64,000 nt of DNA from Lama glama (lineage: Eukaryota). The position numbers and the translations under genes were made by a program. The DNA is taken from positions 13,146,001 through 13,210,000 of the forward strand of contig CM052816.1 in assembly GCA_028534125.1 (NCBI GenBank), given 5' to 3'. The notes beneath the pieces were generated by a model. That model saw only the letters and a list, made by a program, of their open reading frames with translations. It searched no databases and was not told the origin of the DNA. Position 1 is the stretch's first letter, and each line of letters starts with the position of its first letter. Below are positions 50,420-63,315 of this stretch, in pieces.

Positions 50420-50600
50420 CACTTAGGAAACCTGGCTTTACCACTTACTAGCTAAGTGACCTTGAACAAGGTTGTGAACCTTCCCACAACTCACATTCCA
50501 TCTCAAAGTGAAGATGATAATCATACCAGTCTTATTAGGGTAAATTCAGGGTCAAGATTAAAGAATGTAGCCCCTGAAAAGGGCTTTACACAGTGCCTGA
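50420..50600 (+). mobile_element. MIR SINE
   Basis: ccacttactagctaagtgaccttgaacaag. Confidence 0.75.
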
Positions 50601-51012
50601 TCAGATCTCCTGCCTTCCCACTTTGGCTCAGTCTTGAAGACCTAGTTCCTTGTGTCTTTTCTATGAACTCACCCTCTTAAAATCAAGCCCTCCCTTCTTT
50701 GTTCCTAATCCTCTTGATCAGCGCTTTGTCCCTTCGCCTCACAGTTTGATATCGTCATTGTCTTTCTAGCACTCTCCTCTTTCTCCCTGTGATTAAATGT
50801 AATCTCCCAGTAAGTTACAAGTTCCTTGAGACAGGAGCTATACTTGCTACTGTCTCCACAGCCCCAGAGAACGGGAGGTACCCAGGTGGTGTTCCATAGT
50901 TGCTTCTCCGCGTTACTATTTAATTTGTGAATAGGTAATACAATTTAAAGAAGCAGTATTCAGTGATTAAGTCTTCCATTGTCCAGGAATTTTAAATATT
51001 AAAAGATCTTCA

Positions 51013-51102
51013 CTATGCTGTACCCCAGAAATTGACGCAACATTGTAAAGTGACTACACTTCAATTTAATAATTAATTAATTAATTAATTAATATATTTT
51101 TC
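51013..51102 (+). mobile_element. Ultra-short young L1 3' end with a (TAAT)n tail
   Basis: ctatgctgtaccccagaaattgacgcaacattgtaaagtgactacacttcaa. TSD-like aaagatcttca (51002-51012) / aaagatgttca (51103-51113). Confidence 0.8.
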
Positions 51103-51975
51103 AAAGATGTTCAGTGAAGAGTCTCCTCCCAATGTCTCTACCTGCTCCCCATGCCCCCAATACCACCCAAAAAAGGAAAATTCCTGTTATTCCACATATT
51201 TCTGTCTGAACATATGATATGTATTTTTGTTTCTCCCTCTTCCTTGCATAAACAGTAGCTACCATATCACTTGTGCTTTTTCTGTTGTTTTCAGGTAACA
51301 ATACAGTTTGAACTTCTTTGCCAATCATTACTTAGAAATTAACTGTAAAATGTCCCATTGATTAATGTGCTATAGGTTATTTCCAATCTGTTGCTGCTAC
51401 AAAATTGCTGTAATGAATAACTTTTTACACAGTCCCTTCACACATGTACCAGTACAACTGGAGGATAAATTCTTAGAAGTGGAATTTCTGGGATAAAGGA
51501 CACATGCATTGCTAACTGATATTGTCAAACGGTCCTCCCCAGGAGTTTATTATTTCCATTTCCACCAGCAGTGAAGCATAGCCTTGCCAATGAATGGGTG
51601 ATCAAACACTTGGATTTCTGCCAACATTATTCGTAGAAAATGGTGTCTCAACATTGTTGGGAAACCTGAGACTCTTGTCATATATTTAAATGCCGTCTGT
51701 TTTGCCTTCTTTGTGAACTGTCGGTACCTGTCCCTCGCCCATTTTTCTACACAGTTGTTGGTCTTTTTCTTACCGGTTTCAAGTTATTCCTTATATATCA
51801 GAGAGAGAAATTCTTTGTAATTTGAATTGCTATGCTTTCCCAACGTGTCCTTTGAATTTTTTCTCTGCTCGTGTGATTTCTGCCATGCAAAAGTGGCTTT
51901 ACTTTTTACATGCTTTAATTTATTAATCCTTTATTTTATGGCACCTAGATTTCTGAGTCATAGTTAGGCCTTCAT
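51103..51975 (-). mobile_element. Ancient L1 (L1ME-like) fragment
   Basis: ggataaattcttagaagtggaatttctggg...cattcccaccagcagtg-like...tcttttgtgaactg...gcccatttttcta. Confidence 0.8.
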
Positions 51976-52449
51976 ATGTTTTTTTTTTTTTAAGTTGGCT
52001 GTTTCATTGAACGCCAGATCACATTCCAAAAGACGGAAGATTTCAGTGTAAAGATAGAAACCTTGGGAGTATTAAAAGAAAAGACAGATGCTCCTTAACT
52101 TGAATCGAGTCTAATTTAACTGACACATTTTGCGTGTTTGGGGACACACTTAGCTCCGCATTGGACACAGAGAAGGAACTTTGCTACGCTTGCCTGAGGC
52201 CGCTGTACTCTGCTTATCTCATTGGCTGGAAGCTGACCGCCGCTCCGACTGGGAACTCATGGCTCTCACTCTGGATGTGGTCCAGACACTTTCTCCAAGT
52301 TGCTGCTTTTGTATTTTTTGTTGTTGCTTTGCTTTGTTTTGTTTCCTCACCAGTAGGTAGAACGGGCTGTGGTCAGCCACAATTACGTGAAGACCCTTGT
52401 CATTTCCTCTTTCTGCCTTTCCCGGAGGGCCAAAACAGGGAAATTAAAT

Positions 52450-53625
52450 TGTTCATTCATTCACTCAACCAACAAGTAAATGTGCTAAGCATCTACTAAA
52501 GCAAGGCAGGCTGCTCAGCGCTAAGCAGACACAATGAAAAAAGCAGACAAAATCATTACCTTCCTGCAGCTTATCTTCTAGTGTGGAAGACAGATCTTAA
52601 ACATGTCATAAGAGGGAAGTGCCAGAAAAAGGAATAGGGTGTTGCGAATATTTGGAACAGGAACCCTTTCCCTTGTCTGACAGATAAGGGGATGAATTCC
52701 CTGAGGAAGTCTCTTTTGAATGGAGCCCTGATAAAGTAAGAACTAGCCAGCCAAAAGCAGAAAGAGACTCCCAGACAGGGGGAAGAGACAAGAAGAGCAG
52801 TGGCCCCAAGGCCAGAGGGAGCATGGTGTGATGTAGGAACTGAAGGAAGAGCAAGGTGATCGGGTTGGAGGAGGACCCTGGCATTCAAGTCACGTGGGGG
52901 CTGTTGTCAGTTGGGTTCCCTGGCTCTTGAGTGAGAAGAGGAGGAAGTAAGATTGAGTGGACGGAGAAGCTCTGGTGCAGCCACAGGAAGACTTCAGGCA
53001 ACCCTGCAGGGAGCTCTGAATGGGCATGGCCCTTCAGTGTTGGGACAAGGGGCGCAGCTTTCACGTCGCCACGCTGAGCAGTCCGCAGATCTGGGTTACT
53101 CTCTGCCAGCACTGGGAGGTGGGGACCATCAGGCAGTAGGACTCCCCACAGCCGGGAGGAGAAGCCCTTTTGTCCTGGAGGGGAGTCTGGGCAGCAGAAC
53201 ACAGCCCTCACAGTAGGAGAAAATCACTCTGGGCCTTTAAGGTCATGGTAAAGAATTTTAATTTTATTCCAAGTGCAGGAGGAAGCCAAAGGAGAGTTTT
53301 AAGCAAGTAAGAGAAATGAGCTGATGGGGCTTTTTAGAAGAGTGGTCTGGCTGCTTAATGTACGCACTTTAAGTGGACAAGTCGGAAGAGAGCGCGCTTA
53401 AGAGGCCATTGCAATGGTGGCATGGACTTACGTGATAGCAGAGGAGAGAGGTGGGAGGTGGGAAGCAGTTAGACTGGGTTGGCCATAGTGTCAACAGAAC
53501 TTACTGATAGAGTGAATGGCGGTTGGTAGGAAAAATAGAGGAATCATAGATGACAGCTAGGTTTGGGACTGAGCATTTCATAGATGGTGGAGCCATTTAA
53601 TAAGATGGGGAAGGCTGGGGGAGGG
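52450..53625 (-). mobile_element. L2 3' region split by LTR16
   Basis: ttcattcattcactcaacc tail at ~52452; resumes at ~53220 with ggtcatggtaaagaattttaattttattccaagtgc...gatggtggagccatttaataagatgggg. Confidence 0.85.
52902..53215 (-). mobile_element. ERVL solo LTR (LTR16-like)
   Basis: Reverse complement reads gctgcccagactcccctccaggac...ctgaagggccat...cagagctccc...agggaacccaactgacaaca. Confidence 0.75.
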
Positions 53626-54019
53626 GCACTATTCTAGGCCATCTCATCATGTATCCCAGGAAATCAACTTTATAACACTGTTGTCGACTATTTTCTATCT
53701 TTGTGCTATTCCTAAACGCACAAGGCTGCGTTACCTATTCTTTGGACCATAGTTTTCACATGAACACAAGTCAAAGGCCTTCTCATCCTTCATCGTCCAG
53801 GTTCAGTGCTACCTCCTCTATAAAACCTTCCTTGATCATAAAAACATTGGCGTATATAGAGTTCCTGATGTTTTATAATGGGAAAACTAGAAACAAGGAA
53901 ATGAACTGACTTACCCAGAACTGTACTGGACTCCAGCAGAGCTGTGACTAGACATCGTCTCCTGACTCAGTGGCTGAAAATGGCATTACATCAAAGGAGA
54001 AAGGAAAGTCAACAAGGGT

Positions 54020-54260
54020 GGGCAGAGTGAATGCCAGATCAGTTAGGAGTTGATCATGGAGGTCCAGGTGACAGATCATGGTAGTCTAGCTTAAGGTGGG
54101 AGTGGGGAGAAGAAGTGAACATATCCAGGAGCTTCTAGGAAGTAGAATGTCCAGGACTTGGTGTTGGTTTGGATCGAGGGAGTGAGGGAGGGGTAGGTAC
54201 TAGGAAAACTCCTTGGATAACCTGTCATTCACCAAGCTTGGAAGGACTGGAAGAAGGCTC
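54020..54260 (-). mobile_element. L2 fragment
   Basis: gtccaggtgacagatcatggtagtc...taggaagtagaatgtccaggacttggtg. Confidence 0.7.
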
Positions 54261-54659
54261 TGTTTGGGGGAAAAGATTACAAGTTTGGTTTTCATTTCAG
54301 TTCAAACCTTTGAGCAGGATGTGTTGCCGAACCTCTGGGATTAGGAGCTTGGCTCTGGGACCTCTCAGTGGGATCACTAGGTGGCTAGTACTTGAGCCTC
54401 TAGGAGACACTCAGGGCTGGTGCTCAGACTTCTAATGCGTGTTTGTCACTGACACTTGGAACACCAGGGAGCAATGGACTGAGCTGCATGCTGCACCATG
54501 CTCTCCCTGCCTCCCGTCTTCCAATTTTCTGCCACTGCCTCCCATTGGTAGAACCTAAGTTGGTAACTCAAGCGTAACAGTTCGGAACATGGAGCAATGG
54601 GCTTGAGCCTGAAAGACATTCGATAATAACCAGTTTTCCTTTTTGGGTGGTTTAGGGAA

Positions 54660-54770
54660 TGAGCCCTGGGTTAGGAGTGAAAACACTGAGTTTCCTTCCC
54701 AGCTCTGCCATCAGCCAGCAGTGTGATCTTGGACATGTGACTTCTCATCTCTGGGTATCTTTTCTCTTCC
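54660..54770 (+). mobile_element. MIR fragment
   Basis: cccagctctgccatcagccagcagtgtgatcttggacatgtgactt. Confidence 0.7.
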
Positions 54771-54967
54771 TTCAGACGTATAAACATCTATTTGCTGTTG
54801 TACATACTTAGGTGTCTGTCCTTTAAGAAGCCTCCTCTGATCCACATCACTTAGGGGGATTTGGTACTCCCCCTGTTGCTCATATAAACGCCTCTTCTAA
54901 CCCCTTTTTTAAAAACTTACTTTACTTTTTAATTGAGAAATAGCTAACATACAATTAAAAGCACAGA

Positions 54968-56145
54968 CCCTTTTTTAGTTCTTTTAAATTGAAGTAAAGT
55001 TGATTTAAAATGTTGTGTTAGTTCCTGGTGTACAGCATAGTGAGTCATTTATATATTTATGTATACATATATATGTATATATGCGTATGTATACATATAT
55101 ATACATCCTTTTTCATATTTTTATTATAGAGTTTTATAAGCTATTGAATATAGTTCCCTGTGCTATGCAATAGGACTCGCTGTTGATCTATTTTGTATAT
55201 AGTCGTTTATATCTGCTAATCCCAAACTCCTAATTTATCCTTCCCCACCTTTCCCCTTTGGTAACCCTAAGCTTGTTTTCTATGTCTGTGAGTCTGTTTC
55301 TATTTTGTGAATAAGTTCATCTGTGTCTTTTTTAGATTCCACATATAAGTGATAGCATATGCTATTTGTCTTTCTCTGACTTACTTCACTTAGTATGATA
55401 ATTTCTAGGTCCACCCATGTTGCTGCAAATGGCATTATTTGCTTCCTTTTTATGGCTGGGCTGAGTAGTAGTCCACTGTATAAATATACCACATCTTCTT
55501 TATCCAGTCACCTGTTGATGGACATTTAGGCTGTTTCCATGTTTTGGCTATTGTAAATAGTGCTGCTATGAACATTGGGGTGCATGTATCCTTTCAAATT
55601 AGAGTTTTATCTAGATATATGCCCAGGAGTGGGATTGCTGGATCATAGGGTAACTTTATTTTTAGTTTTTTAAGGAACCTCCACACTGTTTTCTGTAGTG
55701 GCTGCACCAAATTACATTCCCACCAGCAGTGTAGGAGGGTTCCCTATACTCTACGCCCTCTCCAGCTTTTATCATTTGTGGACTTTTTAGTGATGTCTGG
55801 TGTGAGGTGATACCTGATTGTAGTTTTGATTTGCATTTCTCTGATAATTTGCACTATTGAGCACTTTTTTCATGTGCCTTTGGCCATTTGTGTGTCTTCA
55901 CTGAAGAAATGTTTGTTTAGGTCTTCTGCCCATTTTTGGATTGGGTTGTTTGGTTTTATGTTATTGAGTTCTATGAACTGTTTGTAAATTCTGGAAATTA
56001 AGTCTTTGTCAGTCACAGCATTTGCAAACATTTTCTCCCATTCCATACAATGTCTTTTTATTTTGTTTATCATTTCCTTTGCTCTGCAAAAGCTTGTAAG
56101 TTCAATTAAGCCCCATTTGTTTATTTTTGCTTTTATTTCTATTTA
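54968..56145 (-). mobile_element. Young 5'-truncated L1 (~1.2 kb) inserted into an older L1 3' end
   Basis: ORF 55870..56073 (EWEKMFAN...LISRIYKQ...[10 protein letters not shown]) is L1 ORF2. Perfect 12-bp TSD taaaagcacaga (54956-54967, 56146-56157). Confidence 0.96.
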
Positions 56146-56315
56146 TAAAAGCACAGATCTTAAATGGTTAGTTTGGTGAGTTTTGACAATTGTATATACA
56201 TCCATGTAATCACCAATCCAATAAAATCTGCCATTTTAACCGTTACTAAGTATACAATTCAGTGGCATTACATTCAGTACACATTCACCGGGTATGCAGC
56301 CATTACCACCACCTA
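56146..56315 (-). mobile_element. Old L1MB-like 3'-end fragments (continuation of 54925-54967)
   Basis: gtttggtgagttttgacaattgtatatac; ccattttaaccg...tacaattcagtggcatta...gcagccattaccacc. Confidence 0.7.
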
Positions 56316-57268
56316 CGTCTTAGTAGCACATTCCATTTTACTTGCTTACTGATAAGTCAGAATCGCCTAATAGAGATTAAACCCCCAAGGGCTAGAATCA
56401 CATCTTATCCCAGTGACTGGCATTTAGTAAATACTGGCATTTGGTGGTTGGTTGAACTAATGAATGAGTGAATGAATGTCTAAAGTCTCACTGAATGTGT
56501 CTTTTTGTCTAGCAACTGTAATGGGATCACCTAGCTGCACCTTTATTCCTCCTCTCTTTCTCAAATGTTTATTAAGTATCTAAAGGGTGTCTAGAAATTA
56601 AAAGATGACCTGGACAAAATTCCCATCCGCAAATCCGCAGCCTGGTTAGGGGTACAAGCAAGTAAATAATATGTAATAAACCAACTAATCGTTGGTAGAA
56701 AGATGAGCAGGGTGAGAGTTATGGTTATAGACATGAAATTATCCCTTATACTGCCTTGGAGCATCGAGGAGGTCTTCACAGAGATGAAAAAGCACCTTAG
56801 TGATGTTGAGTGGTAGGATGGGGGTGCAGAGAGTCTAGGGGAACTGCAAGGAATTCTTTAGGGCCAAATTCAGGGTCTTTTCTCCTCCAGGGGTCCCACT
56901 TCCTGCCTCAATGCCTAAGACTATTTTTGGCAGAGGAGTAAGACAGCGACATTAATTTTTCTCTGCGTGATGGGTCCGGCTTACCCGCTTCCCGCACCAC
57001 TTCCTCTTCATTAAGGTTCTTCCTTATTTCTCAGTGCTTCCCCATTTGTCAGTGTTTCCCTTGAGTCAGTTTCTCCTCTTTGTGCATGTTTTCTCTAGAT
57101 AAGTGGCTTTTATTACTTGTGGCTTTTCATAAAAAGGTCTTTGTTCAAGACCTTGGTATTTTCCCAGGGAAAGCCATATGAATCTCCAAAATAGTTTCAT
57201 GTATTTATTGGCCTCATCCAAAAGTAGCTGGTGAGTGAATCTGTACCTCTTGGCTACTCTGTGTAAAA

Positions 57269-57292
57269 ACACACACACACACACACACACAC
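57269..57292. repeat. (CA)n microsatellite
   Basis: About 12 AC units. Confidence 0.95.
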
Positions 57293-58339
57293 GTTGTCTC
57301 ATGTCCCCCACGCTACCCCATTCTCCCATTGTAGGTAGCTTAAGAACTCAAACCACTCAGAAGTAGTTGTCTGTGGTCAAAATGGTGCTACCAGACCTTA
57401 AACATCTTAATGACTAAGACTCTCTTATTTAGAGGACTGGGTGTTTGGATGGATGAGTGGACAGGTGGACGGATGGACAGGTGAATGACTGAGACTTTCA
57501 AGCTTCCGCAACCCATGCCAAAGCCACCCTTAATAACAACCCTGAGTAGGAAGCTCAAAATGAGTGTGGGCAATGGTGATGCTACTGATGATGGTGTGAT
57601 GTGAGTGCTACCACAGAATAATGACAAATGTCCTGGGAAAGGAGATTCCAAAGACTCTGAGCTAAGACATCATGCTTTCCCTCTTACATTCATTGAACTA
57701 AACATTTATGGAGCAGCCTTCTTGGCATTACCTTTTGTTCAGACCCTCCCGTGCCCTGTGGTGAATACAAAAGAAGTGTCAAATGGCACCCTTCCCTGTT
57801 TCAGGGCAACTCACAGCCTGACATAAGAGATTCCTTCTCCTTGTTAATCCTAAATTAAGTGATTGGGTGAAAGGTCGTGAACTCTAAAAGACAGGAATCA
57901 TCCAAAAGCATTTTCAATGAAGTCCTTTCATTTTCTACTCAGGATAATATTAAGTAATAATAAGATACTATCCACACTGCTTCTCAGGTTTGAACTACAA
58001 GGCTTCTCACTTGAAGTGTTTGAGAAATCCAAACAAGACCATACCATCTTTTAGGAAGCACAGACAAAGAGGTCCTTCTACAGCCGAGTTTGTGGAGAGC
58101 TAAGGGGAGGGCGTGACTCTCTCTTTTGTGCCCAGAATGATTTCTTTAGGGAAAGCGATAAAGGTATCAAAGAATATCTCATGCTGTCCTTTTCACCTCT
58201 CACTGTCACAAGGGAAATTACACATGACGCTGGAATAGCCCATGTCGCCTTGCCAGGCAGTTCAAATCTCCCTAATCAACCCTTTCCTCATCTGTCCACC
58301 CCACTCCTACCCCTAGATCTGGAGACTTGGTCAGGGTTT

Positions 58340-58560
58340 CCTGTGTGTGCCCTCATCAAATCCCGTGTTATTTGCCCATCACACTTACCGCATTGGTGAT
58401 TAAAGAGTCATTTACAAGATTGTCAGTTGCCTCTCCCTCCCTGGCTGGGCTATAAGCCCCCTGAAGGCAGGGCTCACATCCATGGTTTCCTTGCTGTACA
58501 CACTCTCAGTGTTCACACAGCGCCTGGCTGGCGTCAAAAAATAAATGCCTCTTGAACGAT
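58340..58560 (+). mobile_element. L2 3' region
   Basis: ggctataagccccctgaaggcagggctcacatc...cacagcgcctggc...aataaatgc. Confidence 0.7.
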
Positions 58561-58635
58561 TTAAGGAGAAGAAGCCTTTATTCTGCAGAGGACACAGCCT
58601 TGAGAATCCTGAAATGAGGAGTCTGACTTAGAAGA

Positions 58636-59144
58636 CAGTGGCTTCACCAATTTATGTTCCCATCAACAGTGCACGAGGGCTCCCCTTTCTCCACATCCTC
58701 CTCGACATTTGTTATTTGTGGTCGTTTTGATGATAGCCATTCTGACAGGTGTGAGGTGATAGCTCATTGTGGTTTTCCTTTGCATTTCCCTGACAATTAG
58801 CCATGTTGACAAACTAGTGGTTACGGGTGGAGAGCAGGGAGCGGGAAGAGGCAAGAGAGGAAAATGGGATTAAAAGATACGTATAAATTAGATAAGCAAC
58901 AAGGACATATTGTAAGGCCTGGGGAATATAGCCATTATTTTGTAATAACTTTCAAGGGAGTATAATCTATAAAAATATTGAATCACTATGTTGTACACCC
59001 AAAAGTAGTATAATACTGTAAATCAACTATACTTCAATTTAACCAAAGAATAAGAAGAAGGAGAAGGAGGAGGATGAGGAGGAAGAAGAGAGGGTGAGAG
59101 GAGGGGAGGAGGAGGAGGAGAAAGAGAAAAAGAAAAAGAAAAAA
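58636..59144 (+). mobile_element. 5'-inverted L1: antisense ORF2 C-terminus (58636-58809), sense 3'UTR (58810-59040), GA-rich tail
   Basis: The minus-strand ORF ..[31 protein letters not shown] directly abuts sense caaactagtggttac...gaatcactatgttgtacacc...caactatacttcaat. Confidence 0.88.
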
Positions 59145-59869
59145 AGAAGAAACTGGTTTCTGTGCCTGGAGAGATGGCTCCCTGCCTCTGAGTTTAGAGC
59201 CCGGAGCCCAGTTATTCCCAAGGCCTGGAGAAATGGCAGCTCTGGTGTCCCAGGTCCTGTCGCAGGATACTTAGATGGTGAATTCTTGGTTACCCACATG
59301 GGTCCCTAAGACAAACAGCAGAGAGAGAAAGGAGCACGGACCATCTGCCACATAAGCGGAATTATTTCTCAGCGGAATGTTTCTCAAAGCCTCAGAAAGA
59401 AGTCGGCGAATTAAAGGTTTATATTAACCTCATTTCACATTTCTTTTCACTTACAGGAAATTATTTTCATTTTCCATGCCCAGCTATTTGATGTTTACTT
59501 CACCGACTGTATTAAAGTGGAGCTGCGTCATGCTGTTTTGTTCTAGGTTATTTCCAGAGAAAAAGGACCCCAGTTGATATTTTATTAGTTGCTGTATAGT
59601 AATTTGTTTTCAAAATGCTGGATTTCTTTTTTTCCATTTGGGATACCATACATGTCTTTCCTATTTGGGAATGAGAGAAATATTTATTTTTAAGAACGTC
59701 ATGTCCAAGTAGGTAAATAAGTGAAACATCTCCCTTCTCTTTGACAGACCCACACATCGTATTTTATATGATTAATTTAGACATCCTGGCTGTTGAACTG
59801 TCTCATTTTTACTATACTTTATGAAAGAATAAGGACTTTTTATGAGATAGATATAACACTGCTTTGAAG

Positions 59870-60051
59870 CAGGGTTTTTGGACCTGACAATTCTTTGTTG
59901 TGGGGGGCTGTTCCGTGCGTGGTAGGATATTTAGCCTCTACCCTCTAGTTTCCAGTAGCACGCACCTGGCTACAGCTATAACACTCAATATTATCTCCAG
60001 GCATTGCCAAATGTCCCGAGGGGGCAAAGTCATCACGGGGGAGGACCACTG
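59870..60051. mobile_element. MER20 (hAT-Charlie)
   Basis: aattctttgttgtggggggctg...tctccaggcattgccaaatgtccc...ggggcaaa...gaccactg. Confidence 0.9.
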
Positions 60052-60564
60052 GTATTAAGGGTGGTAGAGGCTAGCAGGGAGGCACTGTTTCCTCATTCCT
60101 CAAGAAAGACAGACCTCGATCAGACCTAGATGAGGCGAGACCATCATTGGCCTTTTTGGTCATATACATGTTCCAATCACCAATTTGGCCTCATTAAACC
60201 ACTTTGGACCAGATGCAAAAATGCTTCCTGGAGTCCCATCCCTTAGTGAAAACGTGGAACAGAAGATGTCTTTCTGAAATCCCTGGAAGCTCCCCTCCCA
60301 GGTCAGAGGAGAGAATACTGTCTGGTGACCTAGGCAGACCCCCAGGCTGCTCTTTATCACCTGTGCGACTAGCCGGGAGTCCCAACTCCTCGTCTGCACA
60401 AAGCACATATACAACACTTGGTCCCCATGTCAGTGAATGTTTGGGAGAATCAAATCAAAGGTACCCAATTTTGTTTTCCACAAGTGACAGAGTCAGACCA
60501 TATGATACCTGTCAATGTATTGTCCTTTCCTGATGAAATTAGTTTATCCTTAAGGAAGGCGTGG

Positions 60565-60830
60565 GAGGCAGCACAGAGCATGGTTATGGGTCTGGTCTTT
60601 GAAATCTGACAAGTCAGGGCTGAAAGCAACTCCCTCCACTTACCAGCTGTGTGACTGGTTTACCAACTAGGATGCATAACCTCCCTGAGCATCTCTTTCC
60701 TCACAATAAAATGATCATAGCATCTACTGCATAGAGGGGAATTGTGAGAATTATATTATAGAATATACACAAGGCACTTTGTACAAGGGTCCATCATAGG
60801 AGAAGCACCCATAAATAACGATTGCCATTC
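60565..60830 (+). mobile_element. MIR SINE
   Basis: ctccacttaccagctgtgtgac...taacctccctgagcatctctttcctca...attgtgagaatta. Confidence 0.8.
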
Positions 60831-63315
60831 ATTGCTGTTATCATTGCTAATAAATGTAGGAAATACTGTGTGCTGTCTGACCAATGGGAGAGGAATTTGG
60901 GAGCAGAGTTTAAGATCCCTAAACCACAGCTCTAATGGTAATGTCCACTTAAAGTGCTTTGCTTAAGTCCAACAGCACTGAAAGTTATGTTGAAAGATGA
61001 ATCCTCTGTCAGGATTCATAGCAAGAACTGTCTTATTCATACGTATATTCAAAGTACTTAGCACAGCGCATGACCAAAGTAGGTGTGTTCAATCCTATAC
61101 TTGGCAGGTTAAATTCCTGAGCACCCACTGGCTGCCAAAAACATTTCTCGGGTCCTGGCTATCACTGAGATTACAAGACTATTGCAAAGATTGCAAATTG
61201 AAAACTTACGGGGAACAGGCAGATGTCAGAAAAGCCACACCATCTTTCTGGTCTCTTTCAATTTCCCACTTACGATAGACACAAAGTTACAGAGAAACTG
61301 TTCTCAACTCAGAAAACCAGCATTACAAGAATTATCACTGGTCTCAGTTTTAGAGAGACGATAAGGAGTGGTAAGGAGTGTGGTTCGCCAGAGAGGAGAC
61401 TATCACTATTGAACAGGAACTGTGGCACAATCTCTGAATAGTTTTGAGATTTCTAGCTCAGATCGGTTGGTTGAAGAGGACTGCATTTTGACAGTGGAGG
61501 GCTTGTGATGGACAGAGGATGGCAGGCAGTTGCAAGGGCCATGGGTAAGGCACAGCGTGATCCCCAGAAGACTGGGTTACAGGAGCCAGATTCCCTGAGT
61601 CCCTGAGCCCACAAGGCTTGGCCATGTACCTGACAGTGTAGGTGTCACATAACTAGGAGGAAGATAATGTCTGATCTGCCTCTTTATAAAGATTTGTTTT
61701 AATATTCACCCAAATTAAAAGAGATGGGGGAAAAAAAGTTTTCATTCAATCATCTTGAGAAGACTGTCAGAAAATTCCCCTTTAGATGATTTTAAGGATC
61801 CTGTTCCTGCAGGAAGAAGCCAGTAGGATTAAGCATCCCTCTGCTGGATTAAATCCTAATGTTTCCAGAATGGTTAAGGTCTACAGAATTTGTTAAATGT
61901 CTGGAGGCAGCCTTAGCCCCCTGGAGGGCTTCCGATTAGAGCCCTGACAGAGTCACATGGGATGCTCCAAGAGAGAGTAGGACCAGGCTGCCCTCGACTT
62001 TTCTTTCTTTTTTTTTTAAATTTTGCTCTTTAGGTTAAAGAGTCAAAGAACTCTAGAAAAGGAACAGAATGAATGTAGAACTATAGGGAAAGGCAAAAAG
62101 AGCTAAGGACATTGAGAGAGATTTCAAAAGAGTTTGGGGTCATCACAGTTCTAAAATGAATGCAGAACAAAATTCCAAACTGGGCATTATGTAATTCTAC
62201 ATAGGACAATAGTGGGGACATTTGTCATTACGAGGTCTGCAACATTTTACACATAAGAAAATGTGCAGTTTTATGGTCTTTATCATTCAGGTTTCAGAAG
62301 TGTCTGTTTTTCTCTTGGCACACTTAAAAAGGCGAGTACAAATCGAATGCTATTTTAATAACCTTCATGGTACAGTATTACATATTAGATGCTGTTCATT
62401 GTTTCTTACCCCATATTTGTTTCCCACAGCACACCACTGCTTTTACATTAGACGTCTACCCTGTAGGGAGGAAAATGGGTCTAAAATACAAAGCTAGCCC
62501 TTTCTCTTTGCAGACATCCTGCAATTAGCTCAAGTTCTCATCTCTTCACAGCAAGATCCTATTGCACAAAACACAAGTCTTCTTTTCTCAACATGTTTTT
62601 GCCAGATGTTTCCACGAAAAAAAAAAAAAAAGGAAAGGCAAAGTTTTTTGTACGTATTGGTGTGAATGACTTCATCCTTAATGACTGCTTCAAAATGTTC
62701 CTCCTTCTTAACTCAGTGAATGAGTTCTCCCCCAGAGCCTGGGTCCAGGACATCTACTCTCTCCGTCTTTACAGACTCTCAGTATTTCATCCATGTGTGA
62801 CTGCCCCACGTGCCTGCAGGAAGAGTCAGACTTTCAGCAACCCTCACACTCATCCTATCGTCTTGGCCCAATAGACCCAAAATAAGCACTTTAGTTTTTG
62901 ACCGAAGGAAACGCAATCACTGCAAATTAACGTGAGAAATGGCTGCTCTCTCTCCAGTTAACTTTACAGTTTTGTCTGGTTAAGGAATGATTCTCTGCTC
63001 TGCGATGAAACGTGGTGATAAGTTTACATCCGTATTAGCAGTCAGGCTCCGTCTACTTTGTTTGAGATAGCAAGGCTTTTAGCTTTGCTAGAGAATGTCT
63101 GTATATTCTAAAATGTTTTCCATGCTTATGATCTTACTTATTTCTGTCATCCACACTGAATTTTGTAAAAGTTTTGGGTCTCTGTTAAATTGTATAATTT
63201 GCTTTGAAAAGTACACTTAAAATGCAGTTTTTTTAATTGTTTAAAGCTGTGCTCAACATCAAACCTACCTTGGGTATCTTTAGAAAACTTATATCCGTGG
63301 ACAAATCTAATAGTG

